Source: Paraspadella gotoi (lineage: Eukaryota > Animalia > Chaetognatha). From it: 64,000 bases of DNA. The translations under genes were made by a program, and so were the position numbers. The first letter of the stretch is position 1. Each line of letters opens with the position of its first letter. Shown piece after piece: positions 35,006 to 46,600 of the stretch. The DNA lies in assembly GCA_051294375.1 (NCBI GenBank), contig CM119265.1, forward strand, positions 10,681,042 through 10,745,041, written 5' to 3'. Below the pieces are notes generated by a model that was not told the origin of the DNA, searched no databases, and saw only the letters and a list, made by a program, of their open reading frames with translations.

Positions 35006-37540
35006 GTCGTCGATAGAAAGGTAAAGAAAGAGGCCAGTGAGAGATAATGACAAGATGGTTCCTGGAGCGACGGATCCGATGGTCATGATGCCCTCGACGT
35101 CGTCTTTACCGAGTTAATTTCCTCCATCGAGGCCGAGCGAAAACTTTACGGTCGTTGAGCAAAGTCGAACTCGAGCAAAACCGGGTGAGAAGAAAAGGTG
35201 GTTTTTGCGTTGTGTAACATGGGTGGGTGAGGGTGTTGTGGGTAAAAGACGGCGGTTTGAGACCGTTTCCTTTTTGTAACATGACTGAATCGCGGACCCG
35301 TCACGTCGCGAATAGGGAAGCGGCCAATCTCCGATCCTCTCGTTCACTGACGATCCAGTCGCGTTATCATCCGACTCGCCGCGCCTCGCGCGCCATATCT
35401 GCGGCTGCTGCGGCAGCACCTGTTGCTGCAGCAATTGCTAGACAACGTCATTAAGAACACTACCTTTTCTTTTTGTTTCCCTTGGGAACAGGTTTTTTCT
35501 TCCTTTGACTATATTTTTGGACGAGATAAAAAGACCATGAGATGATCTTTCTCGAAAATCATTGCGTCCACATTGTAAAAATAAACCATTGTGATTAACA
35601 ATCTGAAGCATGAACTTGCGACTTCGTGCAAAAATAGGATAAAAATGTGCAAGATTGAAGCTGGCTCAAATTTTCTTCTTCAATATGTTTATCCCAGTTT
35701 CCCTGGCGACTAGCCTGAAATGACACTCAGTATCAGTCTCAGTTACGAGCAATCTTCTTTCAGTGGCTGGTCCTTTGCAGACGGATTTCAATCTTTTCGA
35801 AGATTGATAAAATATTTACCGGCTGTGGCATATAAACACAGCATAATTTTTACATCTCAAATACATGTCATTTCATATAAATTAAATTTATTACTTTGTT
35901 TCAACAGTGTGCAAGGACTCAATCAATCATAATCCTTTATTCTTAAAAAGCTCCTCACGACAAGCGAATGACGCACTGTATCATTACAACCCGACTTTCC
36001 CTAAAATTTCAAACTCTTACTTATATAAGTTATAACGAGCCCGACTTTAGTCTTTACAAAGTGGTTCGGCCTCATCACGGTTTCCCGAACTCGCGTGCGC
36101 CTCGTCAGAGAGACGCCGAGCATCGATGCTGCGTGGGAGGATTCCCGCCTTCTGATTGGTGGAGGTCAATGACGACCGCGTCATCTAATTGGCTGCAGCC
36201 AGAGGTGGAGACGACATGTTTACAGGATCCGTAACATGTGGCCGACAATGTTTCGAAATGCTTGCTATATTTTTAACCGACGTTTATTTTTATTCCCCGC
36301 CTGTTTGATTGATGTTTTGACAAACGTCCAAATGTTAGTTTGAAGTTTTAAAGGTCGAGTTAATTTTGTACAGAAAGTTCTTGTCATAGATTTTTCTGAA
36401 AAAAGATCCTCGATCGGAATTATTTATTGGTTTCAAAATATTTTTTCTCATTTCAAAATCCGTTGTAGCGAAGCTAAAAAAAAATGAAATTCACGTCCGA
36501 ATTTCGATGAAAATTACAGGCCCGCAACTAAGGGGGGAAAAATGTAATCTTCTCATCTTTTTTCTTTCGAAAATGCATCGAAAACAAAACCGATTTATTC
36601 TTTTATTTTCTTTTAGTCGGCTCGTATTCGGGGAATTAATCCGAGCGCGCCCGCTTTCCCAGTGAATTTTTTGCTCTTTTTCTGGGTTGGAACCACCGAT
36701 AAAACCATTTTGATTCCATACGGCGCCATTCCAACTCTTCTACCATCGATTCCGGTGACCATCTTAGTCGTCTTCGCCGATCGTTCCAGCCTACGTTTCC
36801 GGGAAAAGCTTCGTCCGCGATGAGCGTCTCGTCTTCGAGGATTCTCCGCCGGCAGTCTACGTCTCGTCGCTCGCCGACGCTTCAATGAGAAAGAAGAGAA
36901 AAAGGAGGAGAGGAAGGGAGATGCATTACATCTGCTGGTGCAGCCGCGAGGGGATTAGCTGACGGCAGCTAAAGTAACGTCTCTTTCGCGTCGCGAACGA
37001 GAGAGACAAAGCGGCACTGACTAACTTTTTCGCCACCACTCTACCCCGCATCTTCGCCCTTACTGACGCCGTTAAAAAAATAAGCATAAAACGAATAAGC
37101 GAAAACCGCGAAACGCGTATCTACCCTCAAATCTCAGTCTTCCTCTTTTTCTACCCTCTCAACTCTCTCAACTCTCTCAACCCTCCCCTCCCCGAAAATC
37201 CTCATCGCCAAACTAATTACTAAAACGTCTTCCCAATTTTCCAAAAATTCCCCCCTTTAACTCGTAATAATCCCCACCCGGGTTTACTTTTCCGACAATT
37301 CTCCTTCGTCCAATCATATTCTCCCTCGGACGAGTCCCGCTCCTCGCTCTTTCGAAAACCCCCTCCTCTTCTCGTCGAACTCTGGACCTTGGACATTTCT
37401 ACGTTCTGGCACCCTCTTTCCCAAGGCCCTCGTCCGCTCGGTCGGGGGAAGAGGTACTTTATTCCGGCGCTGTGTTACTTGCAATATCCGCCATTATCTA
37501 ACGAAGAAACATATAAAAGTCAACTGTATAAATTGCCGAG

Positions 37541-40500
37541 ATGGCCAATTCCCCTAAACCGCCTCAACCGTGCCAATCGGATCCTCGGGAAACGATCGTC
37601 GACAAAAACCCGCGAGAGCGCAGCAACGGTTCGCCGCCGCCCGTCGAGACCGTTCCCACCATGGTCGACCCACACAAGGTCAACGCGGGTGAAGATGACG
37701 AGATGTCCGTCCAAGGGTTCGTCCCTTCGCGCTTTCGCTTCTGCTTGGCTCTGGTCGCCATAGTGTTGACGGGCGGCTTGATGGCGCTCGTCTTTTACTG
37801 GAAGAAAGCCTGGATGCTCCGATGCACGCACACCCGTACTTCGCTGGCGCGGGCGCGGAAAGTCATGCTGCGCGACGTTTGGGGGCAAGAGTACGTGCAG
37901 ACCGTACGACTCGTCAATAATGAAGGGGCTCATTTGAACAAGTAAAGCGAGAGGCGATTAATTTGTTAATTATTCTCATCTAAAAAAATATTTAATTATT
38001 CATTTATTTATTATTTAATTATTCTCTAATTATTTCGTTTATAGGAGCGAAGAAAAGACGTACTACTCTCGAAACGTGGTCGAGACGCACCTCATGGCGC
38101 CGTCTCCTTCGCACTCGCGCCCGGGTTCTCCGACCGCTTCGCCCTCTCGCTCCACCGTCGCCGCTCACAGATATTTCGTCAACAAAAAGATCAAGGTCGG
38201 TGAAAAAGAATGAGAGTTCGTCGAACTCGATGACTAAAACAGATGTTGGTTTTGTCTTACTTTAAAATTATCTCTCGGCTTCTGTAATATTTTCTTCTCC
38301 TTCTCACTCCTTTTGCCCCCTCCGATATTCTTCCTTTCCCAGTATATCTGGTCTTCGGAGTCGGAATGCTTTTTCAAACTTTCGGGGCTGGAAAAAGGCC
38401 AGTCTGCGAAATCGCTTCATCACACCGAGGGGCTCAGCGCTCTCGAGTCCTCGCTCCGGCGAGTCCTCTACGGGGGTAACAAGATTGTCATCCGCGTCAC
38501 TCCACTCGTCACGCTCTTTCTCACCGAAGCCATCAATCCTTTCTACGTATTCCAGATTTTTTCCATGGCTCTGTGGTGAGAGGATAGCCCTAAAGGCGTA
38601 TTTGCTATGCTTTTTATCCGACCTTGTTTAATGTTTATACTAAAAATCTGGTCTTCTTAGTTTAGTCTGTCCAAAGAAAAGCCAAAAAATATGTTTTTTT
38701 AAAGGTACGCGGACGAATACGAATTTTACGCCTCTTGCATCGTCGTGATATCGATTGTTTCCTTGTCCTTCGAGGTTTATGCTATTAGAGGAATGCAGAA
38801 AAAGCTCAGGGAGCGAGTCAATATCTCGGGTAAAAGTCGCTTTGTGCACAAATAGTCAATTAGACGTCTTATCTTTACCGACTTTTTTACCCCGTCCCAA
38901 GGAACGGTGACCGTTTGTCGCGGAAGCTCTCCTTCCACCGGCCAACTCATTTTCGAGGACATCGATTTTGACGATCTCGTGCCTGGGGATGTCATGGAGA
39001 TCCCGAGACACGGCTGTCAGGTGTTGTTTTCGTTTTGATAAATCCTTTTAAGACCTGGTTAAAGACTGGGCTGTTTATATATTGTGAGCAACTGGCGTGT
39101 TCTTTTTATTTTGTATTCGTAAATAGTTTTTCTTCATTTATCATCTCCTATTTTCCGATATCTTTATTTCCTTCCCTTATAGATTTTGGTCGATGCCGTT
39201 TTAATATCCGGGAATTGCATCGTTAACGAGGCGATGTTGACGGGAGAGAGCGCCCCTGTCACAAAAACGCCCCTACCGTCTTCACCTGGAGTGAGTAACC
39301 GCGAGGCGAAGAAAGACTAGATTTAGCTTTCAACATTATAATTATTATTAATTGTTTTCCCTCTCAGCTGACGTATTCTATTCAAGACCATTCCCGTCAT
39401 ACTTTGTTCTGCGGTACCGAGGTCGTTCAAACGCGATTTTACGGCAACCAAAGGGTAAAGACTATTTTAAGTTTTTTCTGTTTTTAACCTTTCACATATT
39501 AAAAGGAAGTCTATAAACTGAATTAAGACACTTTTTTTTGTGGGATTTACAAGTGCAGTATTTAATTGTTGCCAATATTTCGATTTAATTTGACATTTGT
39601 TGTGTCCACAGTACCCCTTTTTTGTGACCAGAATCTGTTCATGAAATTTTACATATAGTCTTAATGACGATATAAATGGAACTATCGAGGCGAATTTTGA
39701 TATTCAACCCCTGACAAGAGATACAGGGCCCTGGGCCTGGGCCTGGGGGGGTGGACCCCTGGGGCAAAAAATTTTTTTTTTCCATTTTTTAAAATTTTCT
39801 AGTAGCATCAGGTGCATTAACGTTCTAAACATATAAAAAACATATTTTAGAACTAAAATTGATAAATTTTATTATTATTATTATTATTATTCCAAATCTA
39901 AATTCAACTGCTTGTGATCATGAAGCTGAAAGTTAAGGTAAACAAATATTTTTGTAGTAATAAATATGTTTTTGTGGAAGAATAAACGTCTGTGCATCTG
40001 TTCAAAACAAAAATAATTAGAAAAATTTGAAATTTTGACCATTTTTTGCTCCTATGGGTGACACCTCGGGGGTTCATATCTCGGCTCAGGGGTCAAATAT
40101 TGAAATTCGCCTCGATAGTTCTATTTGTATTCACATAAGGATCATTCATCCCAAATTTCAATGAATTTGGTCCAGTAATTTTCTCGGAACGTGTTCTGGT
40201 CACAAAAAAGGGGTACTGTGGCAGGTGTTGTTTGAATCGAGAATGGTTTCTTTTCCAACGATAAAGAATAACAATAACAATTGATACTCAGTCTAAACAA
40301 TGAGACAATAAAGGACTTTATGAGGTCAAATACGAAACCGGTGAAATCATGAGAGAGAGAAAGAGAGAGAGATCTTGAATAAGTTGGTCGATCGCAGAAG
40401 GTCACGTGTGGTTACTGCCACACATCCCCCCACCGAGGCTTCGACCCGATGGGGAGAAGTCTATGAGAGTTTTTGATTCTTGTTTTAATCTTCATCAGGG

Positions 40501-40803
40501 GGTTGAAGCATTGAAGGGAGAATGTTCGTTAGGCCTGGAATCTGGTTTGCTTGACGTCTGAGCTTCGGAATGATTGAAAGTGACGCGGGAGGAGGTGGTG
40601 GAACGATTGGCGTGGGAGCAGGGGTGTGTGAATTGAGGCGTGGGCAGGGCGAATGAGGAGTTAGGGAATTTTGCAGGGTGGTGCTTATAATTCGAGCCTC
40701 TGTGCGGCGGAGGCGAGGGAGGCGGGAGAGTGGCGTCGAGATTGGCTGGCTTCAGCCGATCAACAGAGATCGTCTCAATGTCTCGTCCAGGAATTTCGAG
40801 TTT

Positions 40804-40842
<39 letters not shown>

Positions 40843-43614
40843 TGAATAAGTTGATCGATCACAGAAGGTCACGTGTGGTTACTGCCACAGTAGTCCTCAT
40901 TAACTCAGTACCTCATTTTATAATATGAAGCCTTCTATAATTCATTTTACCTCACCTGTGCATATGATGTCCCTTCAAAATTTAAGTCACTTTAAGTCAC
41001 TTTAAACAGGTTTTGGCCGTGGTCGTGCGTACGGGCTTTTCCACCAGCAAGGGAGAGTTAGTGCGTTCTATCTTGTATCCAAAACCGGTTGACTTCAAGT
41101 TTAACAAAGACGCTGGGATGTTTCTTCTGGTTTTGGCCGGAATCGCCATCGTCGGGTTCATCTTCACCATCGTCATCATGGTGGAGAGGTGAGGAATTTT
41201 TGTATTCTTTCAATTTTCAAATTCAGGCTCCAATTTAACCTCTTTCACTTTTCTCGCGCAGACACAACCCCATCGGGAAGATTTTCCTTCGATCCCTCGA
41301 CCTGATCACTATCGTCGTTCCGCCGGCACTTCCGGCTGCCATGACGGTCGGCATCATCCACGCCCAGTCGAGGCTGAAGAAATCCAGCATCTTCTGTATC
41401 TCACCCAAGTTGATCAACGTCTGCGGCGGCATCAATACTGTCTGCTTCGATAAGACAGGCGAGGGCTTCGACGACTATTGCGATTTTTTAATTCATATCG
41501 TTTTTTTTTTTTACCTCTTCTTCCAAAACTTTTACAAATTCAGGAACCTTGACTGAAGATGGTCTGGATCTCCGCTGCGTACTTCCGGTCGACGATCGCG
41601 CGCGCATCTTCTTGGCGTCCGTGGCCGCGGTTCGCCGCGTCATTCCGCTTCCTCCGTCCAACGCAATTTTATCGGCGATGGCTACTTGTCACTCGTTGAC
41701 GGTCATCGACGGGAAGCTGGTGGGAGACCCATTGGACATCAGAATGTTCGAAGGGACCGGTGCGTAAAAAAATATTGGTTAATTAACTTGTGATCAAACG
41801 TCATTTGCAGGTCCTCGTTCAGTTTGTTAGTTTGTTAGTAGTTTACTTAATTTATTTTCACGCTCGTCTCCAGACTGGTCTCTGGAGGAGCCCGAGGTTG
41901 AAGACACGGCCAAGTTCGACATCATCATGCCGACGGTCGTGCGGTCTCCGACGGGTGACGACGAGATCGGAATTCTCCGACAATTTCCCTTCTCCTCCTC
42001 GCTCCAACGGATGAGCGTCATCACCAAAGCCATCACCAGCGCCGGACCCCAGCCCGGGTTTCATCTCTACTGCAAGGTCGTTTGCAAGTTTGTAACATCT
42101 TAGACTTTTACCATTTACTTATTTTCCTATTTTACTCTCTCTCCAGGGCTCTCCGGAAATGATCGTGTCGCTCTCCAACTCGACGACGGTCCCCTCCAAC
42201 TTTCAAGAGGTGCTGACCCAGTACACGCAGCAAGGATTCCGCGTGCTGGCGCTCGCGCACCGACCTCTCGCCAAACTCAGTTACGTCAAGGCTCAACGAG
42301 TTCAGCGAGAGGCGCTCGAGACCAACCTGCAGTTTCTTGGTGAGGCAAAAAGGACGAAAAGGTTAAGTTCATGTAGTATGATTTAATTTTGTCAGTAACA
42401 TAGCATACAGCGTCGAACAGAAAAACAGAGTTCACACTGCACATCAAAATCCGCGGTGGAAAAATATATTTCGTGGCTGATTATCGGATTCTCTTCCAAT
42501 ATTCGTGACTTTGAGACCCTAAGCGAGAAAAAAATATGGCTTCGCCGTCGTTTTATCGAAGAATGATGGTTTGTTGCGGAGAGTTTAGATTTATGTCGTA
42601 ATTGACGATGCCATTTGCTCGCGTCGTTGTTGCCGTCTGGCGGTGAGAGTGACATAGGCGTAGAGGAACGAGGGGAAACGTGATTTATTGGTTGAGATAC
42701 GTAAAAGCCGTTTACTGATGTCAACAAACTCATTTCGATGAGCTGTTTAGAGAATAGGGGTTAATGTTAAAAGAGTAAAGCAACTGACCCTTGGTCACTG
42801 ATCCTTTCTCTCTCTCCCCCCTCCTTGACCCTAGGCTTACTCGTTCTGGAGAATCGGTTGAAGAGCGCCTCGTTTCAGGCCATCGTATCTCTTAGGGAGG
42901 CGCGAATCCGGCCCGTCATGGTGACGGGTGACAATATGCTAACTGCGTTGTCCGTCGCACGGGAATGCGGTATGATCGAGCGTCACGAGGATTGTCTCAT
43001 AGTCAACGCCTTCAAAGGTTGGAGAAAGTACATAATTTCTTTTTCATTTTTATCTCCTCTTTATACTCTCTTATGGCAACGGAGGGACATGTGTGATGCC
43101 TGGGGTGTGAGGCATATTTATGCCGACACCACACTTTAACCAGGGTGACCGTGAGGGGATTGAACCCGCAACTCACGGTTGGTGAACGAGTACTGTCCAA
43201 GCCAATGGGACGAGCTGAGTTTCACCAAGCTATACGGGAGGCGAATTTAGGATTCGCCACACTCCTCCATTTTCTTATTCTATCTTGAATTTTAATTTTT
43301 AATTTTAATCTTATTATATTTTCCTTTTTTTTTTCCATAATGCTAGACATGTGCTATGTATCTTATTCGGTACTTTCTCCTCACTCCAGCACCGGATGGA
43401 CGCGTGGACGTCGAATACCTCCTCGGTGCCAAACCCGATGAAAACATGGCGGCTCGCATGGCGGAATCCTCGGTTTCCACTCAGGAGTCGGCGGAAGAGG
43501 GCGTGGTCTCGCGCGAGGCAAACCGAAAGTTCCATTTCGCGCTCATGGGGAAGTGCTTCGCGCTTATTCGCCACCATCGTCCGGGTGAGCCCTTCGTTCT
43601 CTATGGCCATTTGT

Positions 43615-43652
<38 letters not shown>

Positions 43653-46600
43653 CAGGCAGGCAGGCAAGCAGGCGGTTTATTTTGGGGGGAGTAAGAAGAA
43701 AAGAGGTTCGGTTAATCTGGGAGAAAATCTAATTTGAATTTTGTATCGTGTTCGGACACAGATATCTCATTTGATTATTCGTCGAGGTTGGGGGGGTGAC
43801 AGGGGGAGGCCTGATTTAGTACCGAGACGGAAGTTAATCAGATATCGGGAAGAAATTAGCATGAGAATTAAAGCCAGAGGGTTTTTGATGAAGAGAACGA
43901 GAGAAGAAATTAGTTAAAATCTAAATGGTCATCTTAAACAAGAAATTATAATTTATTCGAGTCTCAATGATTAATTCATTATTTTTTTCTTTTAACAATT
44001 AAATTATTAATTTTCCCCTTCCGTCTCCTCGGAATTTCATCTCCCTTCTCCATCCACCAATGCGATTTCGTTTTAAAAAAGAAATACTGAAGCGCCTGGT
44101 GGTTCGCGGAACGGTGTTCGCTCGCATGGCGCCCGACCAGAAGCAGCAACTCGTCGAGGAACTACAGGCCCTGGGCTACTACGTCGGGATGTGCGGCGAC
44201 GGCGCCAACGACTGCGGCGCCTTGCGGACCGCTCACGCGGGCGTTTCCCTATCCGATACAGAGGCTTCTATTGCTTCGCCCTTCACGTCCAAGGTCGCGG
44301 ACGTGTCTTGCGTACCGACGGTGATTCGAGAGGGTCGCGCAGCCCTCGTCACCTCCTTCGGCATCTTCAAGTACATGGCCGCCTACTCCCTCATCCAGTT
44401 CGTCACTGTCCTTGTGCTTTACTGGATCGAGGTGAGGGGATTTGTAGGAGTTGGGAGGGGGTGGGGCTGAAAACGAATGTCTCAAATTGAATCTCCTAAT
44501 CGATTAGGAAAGAAAAGGGTCCTTGAAAAAAAATGCGAGGGGGCGGGGGCGACACAGCGGAGAAGATGAAAAAAAAAGGAATAAATGGGAACGAAGATAA
44601 AGAGAAAAGACTGGAATGAAGAAACTTCGATTCTAGAGGATTTTTAGGGCCTTGCCTTTGCCGTTATCTTGCTCTTGCCTTGCCTTTGCCGTTATCTTGC
44701 TTTTGCCTTGCCTTTATCTTGCTTTTGCCCTGCTTACGCCTTGCCTTTGCCTTGCCTTTAACTTCCCTTTAACTTGCTTTTGCCTTGCCTTTTCCCCTCC
44801 TTTGCCTTGTTTCGCCTTGCCAGGTTTCGAGGCCGCGCGAAAGGAAATGAGAAAATAAGGAGAGAGACCGTGAGACAGGCGGTCGGATAGTTCACCTTCT
44901 AGTGTGAATAATGGTCGCTGTGAAAGGAGATGGGAGGGTTGCATGGAGGTTTGACATTCGAAAGTAATTGATGACAAATAAGTTTATTTTTTAGTAATAT
45001 TTTTTTTGTCGTATTTTGTTTTTACATGATTACTTCCTATATTTTCTAAAGTTAAAAGTCAAGTCGATTTTTTGTTTCTTAAAAATCGTACGATCGTTTT
45101 TTTCCCCTTTCTACCGAATTAATGTTTCCATGACGACGACGACGACTGATGACGTCAATGTCGTCGTTTGAAAGTCGTCAACGAGGAAGAGGGAAAGAGA
45201 GAAAGAATTTGCCGATGAATAGAACAGAATCGCGGAAATAGAATCCTGAGGGAAATTTCCTTCCTGGAAACGTCGCCTTAGGAAGAAGAGGGGGGGGGCA
45301 TGTGTGAGAACAAAAATTAAGCATTAAGGAGAGGCGTAGGAAAAAATAGACTCGAGTGAAAGAGAGGATGATAAAACAAGTAGTCAAGAAATGTTTTGAA
45401 CGTCCGAAATAATGTCAGCAGTATTCAATAATAATTCATATTTGTACCTTACTTGGTGGCGAGCTTGCCGCCAAACCTAATTACATTAGAGTGGCAGTCG
45501 TTCGATATACCTCGTAGACAAGGCCCCCCTTCCCCGGAAATTCCAGACAGAAAATTCCTTTATATTCACTTTTATTCAAAACTGCATAGTCAAGGCCAAA
45601 AAAAATTATGTCAATATGGGCAGATTTCGAAAGCTTGCGCGTCTTGGAAAGCCAATGGAGGTAGAGCGCGATCGAAATTCCCATTTTATCAATGCCCAAA
45701 AATGGTATTTAAATGGACTGGTCAGGCCGTTTGTTTCCCTATTCCAAGAAAACCTCCTGCTCTTGAGTAAAAATGACCAAATCATTACATATTAGTACAG
45801 TTTCCGAAACCTTATTGTCTTCTCTACATGATGAAAAAAAGCAAAATTAAAATTCTTACAATCTTAATTGCTTGATAAAGCAATCAAATGAACTGGTTTT
45901 TTAGGTGAAAACTGCATAGTCAAGCCTTCATTTTTTTCAATTTTGATCACAATTGACAGAAACTGTATTGATTTTACTATTCAAATCAGGGTAGAGGCGG
46001 GGCTTAATTCAAAAGCGTTTTCTCAATATAATGCAAAATTTAAAAAAAGTCCAATAAAAACTTAATAAAAACACAAAATCGTCGCAAAGTGTTGCTTGTG
46101 AGTCAGAAATGCTAGAAAAAATAAATTTTTAAATTTTTTATATTTATTATAAATATATAAAAATATTTATATAAATAATAATATAGTGTTAAAAATAAAT
46201 TTTTTATTTAATATAAAAAAGATAATACTATATATTAAAAAATATATATATATATAAAAATATATTTTATAATAAAATTAGCTAATTTTTTTAAACTGTA
46301 AGTTTTTTTATTATGGTATGATTAAAAAATATAAAATTAAAATAAAATTTTAATTTTAATAAAATATAATCATATTAAATATAATAAAATGATAATAATA
46401 AATAAAATATAAATATTTTATTTTTTAATTTTATTTTTTAATTATAATTATTATTTTTATTATTATTATTATTATTTTATTATTATTATATAATCTGATA
46501 ATAATATATATTTTATTATAAAATAATTTTATTTTATTTATTTAAAATTATAAAAAATATATTTTAAAAAAATATTTTAAACAAATATTTTAAAAAAATA

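Noticed and set aside
45130-45182. gactgatgacgtc...gaaagtcgtc hammerhead-like string
   Set aside because: Explained by a (gac)n microsatellite and its complement; no credible stem II or III.
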